64,000 nt of DNA from Octopus sinensis (Eukaryota), in NCBI RefSeq assembly GCF_006345805.1, contig NC_043010.1:51336001-51400000 (forward strand). The letters run 5' to 3'. The notes under the pieces are model-generated. The model saw only the letters and a program-made list of their open reading frames with translations, had not been told where the DNA came from and searched no databases. The position numbers were made by a program, and so were the translations under genes. Below are positions 1 to 12,797 of this stretch, one piece after another (the stretch's first letter is position 1; each line of letters starts with the position of its first letter).

Positions 1-129
1 TACCATGGCTAGACATGATTTCACAGATTGGAAATGAAAGACACTGCTTCTATGACAGCGACGGTCACTTACAACTATCACATGATGTCAAGACAGAGAC
101 ACACACACGTGTGTGTGTACATACATGCA

Positions 130-179
<50 letters not shown>

Positions 180-1981
180 GGGATTCTTTTAGTTTCTGTC
201 TACCAAATCCACTCAGAAGGCTTTGGTCAGCCAGAAGCTATTGTAAAAGACACGTTTGTCCAATGAGGCACAGTGGAACTGAACCCAGAACTGCATGGTT
301 GGGAAGCAAACTTCTTAACTTCACAGCCATCAGTTTTATAAACTTATACTTAAATTATCTTAATGAAAATTAAATGCAGAAAGGAATTTTAACGAGCACT
401 ACAATTTGTGCCATTCAATATTAATAATGATTTCTAACATAGGCAGAACATAACTATTTCATTGACTCTCAGAGGGATGAAAGACAAAGTCACCTTTAGG
501 AGGATGTAAACTCAAAATGTAAAAACCCATAACTAAATGCCACAAGGCATTTTCCCCAATGTTAACAATTTGGCAACCCACAATCCTTTGCTAATTTTCA
601 GCGTAAGGGCCAGAAATTTGTAGGGAAGAAAATATAATTAGCAGAACTGAGCCCAATATATTACTGGTACTTATTTTATATTAATCCCCCAAGGGATGAA
701 AGATGAAGTCAATCCCAGTTGGAAATGAACTTAGAATGAAAAAATTTGTAAATAGATACCACAAAGTACTTCTTTCATCTGTCTTCTGTTTGTTCTATAT
801 CAACTTGTCTGGTATGTATCTTATCAAACTAGGAAGATGACAGGCAGTTTGGTATTGTTAATAATAATAATAATAATAATCCTTTCTAATTTTTGGTACA
901 AGGACAGCAATTTTTAAGGGACAGAGAAGTCAATTACATTGAACCTGGTGTTGAACTGGTAAGATATCTTATTGTCCCCAAAAGGATGAAAGGTAAAATC
1001 AACCTTGGTGGCACTGAAACTCAGAATGTAAAGAACCGGAAGGAATACCACTAAGCATTTTGTTTGATGTGCTAACAATTGTCATTGATAATTAGTCAGA
1101 TAATTAAATTATAAATTTTTCACATAAGATCCTAAAAACTGAAGACCTTAGTCACTCTATTGTGAAGTAAGTGGTCATACAGGAATAGTCATTTACAATA
1201 CAATGTCCAAAAATTTAATTACAATGTATTATAACAATCATATAGTAGCGCCGAGTTTGTCCGTCCATGGGATGCTTCTAGTTTCTGTAGTGCTAAGCAA
1301 ATGAGATAAATCTCTACTGTTAATTGTAATGAACTGGCAAGATTGTATCTATGGCAAGACGTATCAGAAAATGCTTCTTCACAAACCTGTTGTTGTTGTT
1401 ATTAAACCAATATCTACTTTAGTCAGGAATTCAAGAACAAAATGGTTACTGCAACCAGTGAGAGAATTTCTACAGGGTCTCTAAACCATTGAAACTAGTA
1501 CCATTGTCCAGCAATCTCCATAAAGTCTTTGAGAATGGAAGCTACATGATTTTAAGATGTAAACCTTAAAAAGTGGTATTTCAAAGACTTTAACCTTTAT
1601 TCAATATAAGACCAAATGATCCCAGCTATGATGCTAATGAAAGGGCTGTTGAATTCCCCCAATCATAATGGTCTCACCAACCCACCTGTCCTTTGTTTAG
1701 ATTTCCTAATGGATTCATACTGTCACAGGCTATCATTCTTCATTAGTATCATGGATCTACACAAGCAGTGCTGACTGCTGCCACAATAACAAGTCAATCC
1801 TGTAATCACTTTTCATCCATACAAGATGGAATACTCGGCACCATCAGCCATATTAAAATTGCGCCAATGCCAAACAAGAAGCTGCCACGTTATAGACAAA
1901 CTCACATGTATTGAAGGAATTTTGATGGGAAGTGAGTACAGTAGCTAACAGGATTGGTGGAGTATCCAGCAAACAGTTTAA

Positions 1982-2195
1982 TTCTTTCACATTCGAATTA
2001 CTGTCAAATGCAATGCTTATTTATTCACATTCTTATGAATTAATCATGCATCATCTTGTAGCTTCAAGATTTTGATGACTTGATTGTTTATTTTCAGAAT
2101 GGCATTGTAGGGTTGGTGTAAGAAGCTGGATCTGGTCAGTTTGAACATAAAACAGAACATCTGAGCTGGATATGGCTGCTTTAAATGTTAAAGGG
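1982..2195. mobile_element. piggyBac-like MITE, degenerate copy
   Basis: Colinear homology to 8922-9141; ends aaaggg-ttag. Confidence 0.5.
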
Positions 2196-2610
2196 TTAGC
2201 AGTTTTTGTCCTTTCAACTCTGCTGTATTCCCTAACAAACTGACTTAACTTTCAATGAAGCTAATTCACTTAGCTTTCAATGGGTGTCATGTAAAAGAGA
2301 AGAAGCAGTATTGTTCACTACTGTTAAACAGCAAGTTTCATAGATTATTGATCTCAAATCAATAAAATAAGTATCAACAATAAACTGAGATTGAGTCAAT
2401 CAACCCACTTCACCTGTACCCTGACCTTACAAAAAGTTGTTGATGCCTTCTCAAATAAAACTAATATAGTATTTTAAAAATTTTTAATAAGCAAGTCTGC
2501 AAATAAAACAGCAATGTAAATAATTTAAACTGAATCTAGAAAACTAACTAAATTTAGATCGAAACAAATATATATATATATCTTGTTTCTCTCCTTGTTT
2601 TTTCTGTGTC

Positions 2611-2648
2611 TCTTTCTGTAGAAGAGCATAGGCTCGAAACGTAAAAGA
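2611..2648 (+). ncRNA. Minimal hammerhead-like motif in a Penelope-type repeat (~2575-2740)
   Basis: tcttt-CTGTAGA-a-gagc-atag-gctc-GAA-ACGT-A-aaaga. Stem I and stem II pair perfectly, stem III is the palindrome ACGT, core has an A6>T deviation. Confidence 0.55.
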
Positions 2649-2734
2649 CTTTTTCTATTCCTGAGCGTTATACTAATACATCTGTTTGTTTTGTATACCA
2701 CCTGCCTTCGTCTTTTGTTTCTCTCGTAATCTCT

Positions 2735-2784
<50 letters not shown>

Positions 2785-2997
2785 ATATAAAAGTAGATTA
2801 ACATTAGAAAAAGATTTTAGTGATAGATCCTGAATTAACTATCTTACTTTTGACTAAACCCAAAGCCATGAAAGGATTAAAAGGAAAGTTTAATTAGTTT
2901 AATAATATCTCACTGTTACATTATGCTAAACTACAGAATATTGCCATAGATATAGAAACTCATAAAAGCTAACCTTCCTCAGGTCCCATTTCTTCCT

Positions 2998-4940
2998 TTA
3001 TTTCCAAAACTTATTCAATAAAATCAATGTAGTACTAAAAATGGCGGCTCCCAAAACAAAGTAACTGATATTTTGGGGAGTGAAATGACGTTTAAAGTCT
3101 ATCTTTGAGGCAGGTTCTTCCTTTTCTTTGTTCTCTTGCTCTGCCTTTATCTGAATAGCTGCTTCAATAGCTGAGTCGACAATTTCAGAAGCAGATTTCT
3201 CTATGTGACTTCCGTGTTCATCTTTAATTAGAGATTCTTCAGATTTACTGAGGCTTTTATCTAGAATATCTTGAGAGTCAGCTTCGAATACATCAACGGT
3301 ATTCGCAGAGTCCATCACTTCAGCTTCACACTTGCTTTCAAATCCTGAATCCAAAGCACTGGCCTCTTCAGGCAAGATTTTCTGAGCCACCAAGGTAGGT
3401 GTTTCTCTATCATGTGATGTTTCAGAGAGAACTTTCTTATGCTGAGTTTCCTCGGGAACTGTAGTCTTAGTTTCAAGAGATATTTCATCCTGGAAGCCAT
3501 CTTTTGGACTCGTTTTTTCAGAATGATCCCTAGCAGTATCCCCAGACATTTGACTCTGAAATGCAGCCACACTGTCTCCTTTACTCAATTCAAATGACCC
3601 ACCAGTTTTCACTACGTTTACCTCAGAATCGCTTAAAGCATCTGATGCAATATTTTGGAAGCCACTTTCAGGAACTGTTGGCTCCAAAATTTCTGCTTTA
3701 ACATCGGAATTATCCTCGATATGGTGATCAGGTGTTGAAGTAGTCTCTACTGATGGTTTAACACTTTCTGATGGAATTTCCGAAATGGCTTTAGCAACAT
3801 TTTCAGCATCAGGTGTAATAGTTTTATCAGAGTCTTCAAGAACATCATTGGAACTTGACAATTTACTTTCTAATAAGACACTGTTTTGGTTTATGGTATC
3901 AGTTTCATTCAGTTCCTCAGCTTCTTTAGGCTTCTGTGTGTTGGAGTAAGCAAAAGGACTCGTGCTGCCGGTCTGCGGAAGTGAGGAACTGGACTTTGAA
4001 CCAGAAACAGAGTCCTTAGCAAAAAATGGGCTTGAAAGCGATGTATCAGAAGAACTACTGTTGGAATAAAAATTAGACATTTCAGGAGTTTCCTGCTTGG
4101 TAGATGATGATGACGACGATGATGATGGCAATGACTCCTTTGAGTAACTAGGAGATGTTGAATAATCTGGAGTTACCATTGAACTAATGACTGAACTTTG
4201 TGGAAGCAGTGGTGTCAAAGTTGGTGAAACAAGATTCCTATCAGATTGAAGGTCATCTCTGACGGACCAATTCTCAGGAACTTGATTAAAATTAGGGATA
4301 TTAAGTGTTGCTTCATTCCTCTGTAGAATTTTGGATTCATATTCTGTATCTTTGCTCACTTGGGACAGATCCTCACCAAACAGCTCTTCTGAAACTGCTT
4401 CTGTCTTTTGTTCATATTTACTATCGCTATCACCACCGGAAGAACTATGATTTGAGGCAGCATCATTGTAGTGAGACACATTCTTAGCATCAGTATCAAG
4501 GAAGACAGCATTTGACATGAATCTATGCTCTTCTAAATCATTATTATTGTCTGCATCAAGCGATGCAGTGTTTATTGTCTTGTTGCTGTCCAATGTATGT
4601 TTAGCATCCAGGGCACTGTCTTTACCTGCCTCGTGCTGAATATTCTGGAATTTGCTGTTGGGCAGCAAGCCAGGAGCAGAGTTTAATTTCTGCCCATCGC
4701 CTACCAGAGGTTCCATGTTATTTCCTTCGACAAATGGAACAGAGTATGGCATGTGTTCACTTACATGAGTGTTGTTCAGTACCTCTTGTGCATCCTGCAT
4801 CTTTCCAAGTGCAATTAACAAAGTATCTATATCAGATTTAGTGTGAGTAAGCCAGTTGTAAATAAGATTAACCAGAGAGCTACCTGAATCAGTTTTCAAG
4901 CTTATGTCTTCAAGTTGTGATACTTCTTCCAAACTGTAGC
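2998..4940 (-). CDS. MAVS: MAVS-like gene, last coding exon: C-terminal half of Death domain, long Ser/Thr/acidic disordered linker, C-terminal transmembrane anchor, stop
   Basis: Long ORF. Acceptor ttttatgtag|GC at 4941/4940 (phase 1). Begins GYSLEEVSQLEDISLKTDSGSSLVNLIYNWL...DIDTLLIALGKM (death-fold pattern). Ends KRHFTPQNISYFVLGAAIFSTTLILLNKFWK* (hydrophobic helix flanked by basic residues). Confidence 0.88.
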
Positions 4941-4970
4941 CTACATAAAAACAAAAAGAAAAAAGAAATT

Positions 4971-5135
4971 CCATTAATTCATCTTAAAATGCTGGATCTT
5001 TCTGAAACCTATTATCTTAAAATACTAGATTTTTCTAAAACTCACCAATTTATCTTAAAATACCAGTTCTTTTTTTAAAAACCATTAATTTATCTTAAAA
5101 TGTTAGATCTTTCTAAAACCCGTTAATTTATCTTA
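4971..5135. repeat. Degenerate ~40 bp tandem repeat, about 4 copies, next to the last-exon acceptor
   Basis: Recurring ttaatttatcttaaaat.ctagat.tttctaaaac. Confidence 0.6.
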
Positions 5136-5369
5136 CCCATTCAATTTAAAATAAAATTTTAGTAAAAAAAGGTAATCCAACAAAAGAACCACAAACTAGA
5201 CGGACACTACAAATTGTGTTCATGTCCATGAGACATTTATCAATGGTTCAGTCTGCCTAGCTATAAACAGATATCACAAACAAGTACAACACACTACCAT
5301 AGGCTGTAGTTACTGTCAGATGCCATTTTTTTATCTCTTGTTAGTTGCAAGGCGGGGATGAGAATTAGT

Positions 5370-5648
5370 CTTGTGAAGACTGAGAGATTGATCCCCTCAA
5401 AGAAAGTCTTTCTCTGGCACTTTGCATGTTTATGGAACGTCACTGAGGCAAGTGAAAAAGTTTCAGTATCTTAAAGCCATATTAAAAAATGATGGGAAAA
5501 GGAACACTGAATTGATTGCTAGAATTGCAGTTGCTGTCACAGTAGTGTGCCAACTTCTTCAATTCAGCTTTCATGCCTACCCTAAGGTCACAAATGTTGA
5601 GTAATGACTGAAAGAGTATGATTACAAATATAAGCAGCTGAAATGAGT
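5370..5648 (+). mobile_element. RTE-clade LINE reverse-transcriptase relic
   Basis: LHVYGTSLRQVKKFQYL...NDGKRNTELIARIA followed by VMTERV*LQI*AAEMS, resembling the RTE/Expander RT C-terminal region; has stops and deletions. Confidence 0.7.
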
Positions 5649-6249
5649 ATAAGGCTTGAAATTTTGTGGGGAGAGGGATAGTTGATTACCAGTTGAGCCC
5701 CATTGCTCAACTGATACTCATTTCATCAACCCCCTAAAGAATGAAAGGCAAAACTGACCTCAGCAAAATTTGAACTCAGAATGTAAAAACATGAAATGCC
5801 GCAAAACATTTTGTCTGGATGGTGAAAACCCTGATGGCAGTAGCAGCACAGAGTGGTAATGTCTTGGCAATAAATGCCAGATAATTAACAAAGCATCATA
5901 GTAACAGTGGCTGTGAAGGTAAGATGCTGACATACAGAGGTAACACATGGTAACAAAGGTTGCCAAGATTTTTGTTATATAGGACACAGTTTATCTTAAA
6001 TAGGCAAAAATAAAACAGAAAATGTTTTATACTTAAAGCATCAGCAAGGGAGCCATCTCACAACCAGATCTTAATGTCAAAGTATGTTAACATTTTTTAA
6101 AAATAAACTCCATGGAGAAAAATTTGTTGGAGAAGAGGAGTCTTTGTCTGTCTCTCTCTCTCTCTCTTGATACTCTACATCAAATGATAATCAGTAATTT
6201 TTAAAAATCTATCACCAAACTAGTTAATTAACTGCTGTGTACTTTACAA

Positions 6250-6590
6250 ATCCTGTGGAAGGACCCTGTGGAAGTGATAGATCCAGGAAAACATGAGATG
6301 AAGTGGTGAAGCATGATCTTAGGATGTTGAATTTCACAGAGGTGATAAGTGATCAAGATCTTTGGTGATTAGCTATGCTTGAGAAGATATGTCAAGTCAA
6401 GTGGAATCACAGTGGTGAATAGTAAAAGGCACCCACTACACTCATGGGGTGGTTGGTGTTAAGAAAGGCATCCAACCATAGAAACCAAGCCAAATCAGAG
6501 CAAAGCCTGGTACAGCTCTCCAGCTTATCAGCCTGTCAAACTATCTGACCCACACCAGCTTGGAAAATAGACACTAAATGATGGTGATGT
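6250..6590 (+). mobile_element. RTE-like LINE 3' end (ORF tail plus 3'UTR ending in GAT repeats)
   Basis: EGPCGSDRSRKT*DEVVKHDL, similar to the GRPRKTW motif, followed by the aaaagcacccactacactc...gatgat tail. Confidence 0.6.
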
Positions 6591-6651
6591 GTATTTTACC
6601 AATACAAAACTATAACTGATCAATGACCAAAATCATTTGCTGTAAACATAC

Positions 6652-6876
6652 CAAGATGTAAAGCCAACAGTCTCCAGCTTTCAGGGTATTCTTGGTCCAA
6701 TCGTTTCAGGGGCCCAAGTAGGTTTGGTAGAATGGATTCCCATTTAGATTCATCTGGAATACTCCACTGTCTGCTCACCTCGTTTTGCAGTGATTTGTAA
6801 GTATTTTTATAGTAGTTATTATTATTTTTCCCACAGCTGTACTTGTTACTAAAATGGTAATTCTTAGACACCAGAT
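6652..6876 (-). CDS. MAVS: MAVS-like gene, internal exon: linker and N-terminal half of Death domain
   Basis: Acceptor tttccag|AT, donor G|gtatgt, 225 nt, phase 1 to phase 1. Encodes (D)LVSKN...LKRLDQEYPESWRLLALHL(G); WRxLAxxLG is a Death-domain hallmark. Confidence 0.88.
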
Positions 6877-7559
6877 CTGGAAACAAAGAAAGGTAAATCA
6901 TGATCAATTTTTTTTTGTTTTCATAGCAAAAGGACTTTAAAAAAACATACTGAAAAGGAAGAAAAGACTACATGGGAAAAAAACACAATTTGGGTTCTAA
7001 AAGAAAGAACAAAAGTGGATATGTTGGGTAGAAGTGATATGCTGCTCTCACAAGAAGAGTAGAAGCCAGTGATAAAATAATTTGTCTTTACCATTCAGTC
7101 CAATAGCATTTTTTGTCTAGTTTAGGGTGTTTATATGCAGCAAGCTGGCAGAATAGTTAACATGCTGGGTCAAATGCTGAGGCCAACTTAGCCTTTCATT
7201 GTTTCAGGGTCAATAAATTAAGTGCCAGTCGAGCATGGGATGAGCAATATAATTGACTTAACTACTCTTGGGTATGAGTATAAAAAACAAAAGAAAAAAA
7301 AGACTGCATCAATCTGCCAAGCCATGTCAAGCCAGAATGACAGAGTAGGTTCATCAAACCAATATGATTTCAAGCTCAAATTCACAGCTTCCATGCCAGA
7401 CTATGTTTGGTGGGGTGCACAGGCTGAGACCTTCATCTTGCAGTAGACTGAACGTAGGCAATCCAATCCAATCCAATCTAATCTAAAATGCAGTAGTAAT
7501 ATCAATGTCCAAGATGTTGGGGGTAATGTTTCATTGGAGTAGCAATTTATTAATATTCT

Positions 7560-7855
7560 CTAGCCTTGGGCCGACCAAAGCCTTGTGAGTGGATTTGGTA
7601 GACGGAACTAAAAGAAGCTCATTGTATATATGTATATATGTGTGTGTGTGTTGTGTGTGTGTGTGTGTCCCCTGCAACATCACTTGACAACTGATGCTGG
7701 TGTGTTTACGTCACTATAACTTAGCGGTTCAGCAAACGAGACCGATAGAATAAGTACTAGGCTTACAAAGAATAAGTGCTGTGGTCGATTTGCTCGACAA
7801 AAGGCGGTGCTCCAGCATGACCACAGTCAAATGACTGAAACAAGTAAAATAGTAA
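7560..7855 (+). mobile_element. SINE family A, 5'-truncated
   Basis: ccaaagccttgtgagtggatttggtagacgg...(TA)n(TG)n...gctccagcatg.cc.cagtcaaatgactgaaacaagtaaaa. Confidence 0.8.
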
Positions 7856-8709
7856 GTGTAATTCATAATCTCTATGGCATGTCTTACCTAATGTCACTCT
7901 ATATCCCACAGCTATCTTAGTTTTGTAAGAATTACTAAATAGTTAATAAGATGAGTTTGACAATTGTCATGAGGCATAAAGGAAAAGCAAAGTTGAACTT
8001 GGCAAGGTTTGGAATCAGAATATAAAGGGGTATACCTGGTGTTCTATCAGTTCTCTCATTTGCTACTATGACAATGCTAAGGGCAGAGTAACAACAGCTG
8101 TCACACTCAGAGCAAGCAAATTCACCCTGTCCACTTTCATTCCTGTCACTATCAGAATCTCAAGGCATACAAAAGGTGACTGAACAGTGGAGAATGTGCA
8201 ACCTGGGTGGGCTACTAAGTTGCACCACTGCATGCAATTAACTTGTGTATGTAGGTCAGGAGTAGTATGATTGTCTATGCTAGGTGGAAGCATGGCATAT
8301 TGAGAACAACAGGTCTGTGAGTTAATATCTAGTCATTCAGCCAACCACCTGCATGCTGTATATGTGTACATGATCAAAAGCTGATATGGAACTCTACAAT
8401 AACAATAGATAAGACAATGTTGAGAGAGCAACAACAAGTCCAGACTGTCAGTGAACCCCATACAGATTAATTACTGTTTACGGAAATACCCAGTATTTTA
8501 TTTTATTATTTCTTTTTTTCATTAATTAATTTGGGAGAAAAAAAAAAGTAATGTGGCTTTGTGGTAAGTAGCCGATAGAATAAGTACTAGGCTTACAAAG
8601 AATAAGTCCTGGGGTCGATTTGTTCGACTAAAGGCGGGGCTCCAGCATGGCCGCAGTCAAATGACTGAAACAAGTAAAAGAGTAAAAGAGAGAATAGAGA
8701 TAAACTCAC

Positions 8710-8878
8710 CTTCTTGGGACCGTTTCACTTTCTCAGCTAAGTCAGGTAGGTTGATGCTGGAACTGAGTAAAGCTTCAGCTAGTCTCAACTGCCAGTGCTC
8801 ACTTGATGCAAGATGATGAAGTAAACTATTCACAGCAGCCTCGTTCCCTTTAATTTCATATTCCAGTTCAATTTGATC
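8710..8878 (-). CDS. MAVS: MAVS-like gene, internal exon: C-terminal half of CARD (absent from the ORF track)
   Basis: Acceptor ttttcatag|GAT, donor G|gtgagt, 169 nt, phase 0 to phase 1. Translates DQIELEYEIKGNEAAVNSLLHHLASSEHWQLRLAEALLSSSINLPDLAEKVKRSQE, matching by eye the MAVS/RIG-I-type CARD pattern (GN..A...L...L.....W......AL......DLA..V). Confidence 0.85.
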
Positions 8879-8921
8879 CTATGAAAAACAGGGATTCATT
8901 TGCCTATTTTAGAACAATTAA

Positions 8922-9141
8922 CCCTTTAATATTCAGAGTACTCCATAAAATTTAATGCTTTTTGATTCACACTGTTTTGAAGTAATCATGCATTATCTTG
9001 TAGCTTTAAGATTTTGATGATGTGGTTGCTTATTTTTAGAATGACATTGTAGGGTAGGTGTGAGAGGCTGAATATGGCCAGTCTGAACATAAAACAAGTA
9101 GAATATTTGGGTCGGAAACGGCCGGTTTAAAAACTAAAGGG
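8922..9141. mobile_element. piggyBac-like MITE
   Basis: TTAA|CCCTTTA ... TAAAGGG|TTAA; related copy at 1982-2195. Confidence 0.7.
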
Positions 9142-9615
9142 TTAAACACTACATACAGATGGGGTATGCATGGCCCATACAAACAACTAGACGAGATGTA
9201 CCTACATTTATTGTAGTGATATCAAAGTTCTTCATTCATGAAATACCAAAACACAAAAGAAGTTGCATTAGTATCAATGGCGGTGCCTCACTATGACTAG
9301 AGCCCTATCAGTAAAAGAAAGTGTTGTGTCATTATGTGTGTGTTTTAATTGGCACAAGTTTTGAAGTGACTGAAAGGATGAGAGTTTTGCCCCTGAAACT
9401 CTTGGCTTTTGAGACTTAACTGACTTTTCAAAAGTCAAAATATGTATGATGGAACCTGATAAAACCAAGGTCAGTCTTAGGTTGGTGGGTTTCAAAAGGG
9501 GTTAAGGTAAAAGCAAAGTTTTGTTGTTTTTCTTTCAATAAGAATTGAAACAATGATCCTGTGATTAACAGGATCACTGCTTTTAAACTATTTTTCACAG
9601 TAAGATGAAATATAC

Positions 9616-9983
9616 TCTTTTACTTGTTTCAGACATTTGACTGTGGCCATGCTGGAGCACCACCTTTAGTCGAGCAAATCAACCCCAGGACTTATTCTTT
9701 GTAAGCTTAGTACTTATTCTATTGGTCTCTTTTGCTGAACCACTAAGTTAAGGGGTCATAAACACACCAGCATCGGTTGTCAAGCGATGTTGGGGGGACA
9801 AACACAGACACACACACATGATGGGCTTCTTTCAGTTTCCGTCTACCAAATCCACTAACAAGGCTTTGGTCGACTCGAGGCTATAGCAGAAGACATTTGC
9901 CCAAAGGTACCACGCAGTGGGACTGAACCCAGAAACATGTGGTTGGTAAACAAGCTATTTACCACACAGCCACTCCTATGCCT
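9616..9983 (-). mobile_element. SINE family A (tRNA-derived head, CORE-like segment), near full length
   Basis: Reverse complement of the 20975-21381 pattern. Confidence 0.85.
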
Positions 9984-10624
9984 ATATAACTAAATAACTT
10001 TTTTGATTCCCATTTTTTTTCATTAAAATCTTAACTTTTCTGCTTTATATTATTATTTCATAAATGCACAACATATTAGAATGCTAGAAAAAAAAAAAAG
10101 AAAAATATTATTATTATTATTATTAGAATATTTACTTTATTTGCCCATTTTTCTCATTCAGTTTCTCTGTTATTGTAAAGCTGGATATAGCTGTTGCCAG
10201 TTCTATTGTATTTACCTTGCTATGTAATATGGTGAAGTGGTCTGGTTGAATAAGTTAGTCGGGCGGGGGGTGGGGGGGGGGTATGTTGCCACATCAATAT
10301 AATGGACCTGGGCAGAATTCATACACAACTTCGCAGTAACAAAGAAATTAATAAGGTAAAAATAAACGGGGGGGGGGTAGGATGTGAAATGAAATATGAA
10401 CTGCAGCTTTCAACAATGAATGCGAAATAATACACACACACACACACACAAGCATATGCAAATGTACACACACACACATAAATACATATACACACAAACA
10501 AATCTTCACACACATATATATACATGCATACACAATCACATGCATGCTTATACACACAAAGATATAAGCCTCCACTCACATACACACACACTCAATAATT
10601 TTTGAGGTACATGCCATCCGACTC

Positions 10625-10920
10625 GTGGCCGATGCCAGCACCGCCTCGTCTGGCTTCCGTGCCGGTGGCACATAAAATACACCAATCCGACCGTGCCCGT
10701 TGCCAGCCTCGCCTGGCACCTGTGCAGGTGGCACGTAAAAAGCACCCACTACACTCACGGAGTGGTTGGCATTAGGAAGGGCATCCAGCTGTAGAAACAC
10801 TGCCAGATAAGACTGGAGCCTGGTGCAGCCTTCTGGCTTCCCAGATCCCCGGTCGAACCGTCCAACCCATGCTAGCATGGAGAACGGACGTTAAACGATG
10901 ATGATGATGATGATGATGAT
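10625..10920 (+). mobile_element. RTE-like 3'UTR fragment with (GAT)n tail
   Basis: ggcacgtaaaaagcacccactacactc...ttaaacgatgatgat. Other copies near 13450-13663, 21418-21612, 23695-23885 (-) and 30487-30617 (-). Confidence 0.75.
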
Positions 10921-10955
10921 GCCAATGATAATATTTTGCCTCTTTATTTAAAAAT

Positions 10956-11275
10956 GGTCAATACCAATGCTCCCTGACTGGCTCCCGTTCCAGTGGCATG
11001 TGAAAAGCACCATCCGAACATGGTCGATGCCAGTGTTCCCTGACTGGTTCCCGTGCCAGTGGCATGTAAAAAGCACCATCCGAACATGGTCGATGCCAGT
11101 GTTCCCTGACTGGCTCCCGTTCCAGTGGCATGTGAAAAGCACCATCCGAACATGGTCGATGCCAGTGTTCCCTGACTGGCTCCCGTTCCAGTGGCATGTG
11201 AAAAGCACCATCCGAACATGGTCGATGCCAGTGTTCCCTGACTGGTTCCCGTGCCAGTGGCATGTAAAAAGCACC
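10956..11275 (+). repeat. 66-bp tandem repeat, about 5 copies, inside an RTE-like 3'UTR that continues to ~11432
   Basis: Unit ggtcgatgccagtgttccctgactggctcccgttccagtggcatgtgaaaagcaccatccgaacat starting at 10956, 11022, 11088, 11154 and 11220. Confidence 0.9.
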
Positions 11276-12030
11276 CACTACACTCTTGGAGTGACTGGCA
11301 TTGGGCATCAAGCTATAGAATCATTGCCAGATCAGATTGGAGCTTGGTGCAGCCCACTGGCTTGCCAGACCTTAGTCAAACCGTCCAACTCATGCCGGCA
11401 TGGAAAGTAGATGTTAAATGACGATGATGATGTTTGTACTGTTTATCAGTTCACTTGCTCCATCAAATTGATGTTGCCTGAACAACAAATCAAAGGTGCC
11501 ATGCAGTGGGACTAAACCCAAGAGTACGTGGCTGGGAAGAAAGCTTTTTGGCCACATAGCTACGCCTTTTTATCTGGCCTTCTTTTTTTCTTTTCACGAT
11601 CCTTTTTGATCAGAATTGCCCCACCCCCACTTTCTTTTTTCTTTTTTTCTCCTTCTCGACTTCCCAAAAAGAAAAGCTCTACTTTGTATTTTGTCTCTTC
11701 TGTGTTCAGCCCTGCATGGCTAATAAAGACATCTATCTAGATACAAAAAACAAAAAACAAAAAAAAAAGGGACAATAGTCATGGCTAGACTGTCTTTGAT
11801 CATGTGTTAATACATGAAGATACTGAATTATCTTCATATCAGATACAGTGTCTAAATGACTGCAGAAACCCTTTTGGATTGACAACTGTTTCATTAACAA
11901 AACCCATACAAGATTATGAAACAAAAAAAGGGGGGGGGGGGGGTAACAACAACAAATAAAGGGGGGGTAACAACAACAAATAAAGGGGGGGGGATAACAA
12001 CAACAAATAAAAGGGGTAAATGTACCAAAC

Positions 12031-12153
12031 TTTAATATCGGTTGATATACAACTCTCCAGTTCCTGTATAAGGACCACTGCAGGCACACACTCCTGTAGT
12101 TCTGCTGTCACTTCTTTCAGAAAGTCTCTGGTTTCTTTAGTAAGTGTCTCAGG
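12031..12153 (-). CDS. MAVS: MAVS-like gene, internal exon: N-terminal half of CARD
   Basis: Acceptor ttttttatcttccag|CCT, donor AAA|gtttgg, 123 nt, phase 0 to phase 0. Encodes PETLTKETRDFLKEVTAELQECVPAVVLIQELESCISTDIK, in frame with the next exon. Confidence 0.8.
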
Positions 12154-12494
12154 CTGGAAGATAAAAAATGTTGTAAGGGTAACAATATACAGAGGCAATA
12201 CTGAAAACATGTAATCACAGTATAAACACAACACCACCAACAATAAACAACACAACTGACAGTAGACAACACAACAGGTTTTAAACAATACAATGAGCAA
12301 TGAACAGCACAATGGACTGTTAACAACATAATGAACAGTGAACAATACAACAGGCAGTAAAAATTGCAATGAACAGTAAACAATGCAATGAACAATAAAC
12401 CCATCCCAATCACATTGCAAACAATGAAATGAACCCACTTTTATGCCTGGTGCTTTCCTATCAGTCTCTTTTGCTGAACCACAAAGTTGTTGTT

Positions 12495-12797
12495 GTTTGT
12501 TCCTTCTTGAGCCACACCTGGCTCATAGGGCCGGTTTCCCGGTTTCCTTGGCATATAGGTTTCCCCACCTGGACGGAACGCCGGTCCATTGCAGGTGAGC
12601 TGCAAGATGCAGGAGGAAAGAGTGAGAGAAAGTTGTGGTGAAAGAGTCAGCAGAAGTTTGCCATTACCTTCTGCCGGAGCCGTGTGGAGCTTAGGTGTTT
12701 CACTCATAAACATGCACATCGCCTGGTCTGAGATTCGAACCTGCAATCCCTTGACCGTGAGTCCACTGCTATAACCACTAGGCCATGTGCCTCCACG
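12495..12797 (-). mobile_element. SINE family C (tRNA-derived)
   Basis: Minus-strand head ggaggcacatggcctagtgg...ggttcgaatc. Relatives at 16033-16275 (+) and 45415-45700 (-). Confidence 0.75.

Noticed and set aside
4941-4974. ORF-track N-terminus MEFLFSFCFYV of the 658-aa ORF
   Set aside because: It is the polypyrimidine tract and acceptor of the intron; the exon starts at 4940.
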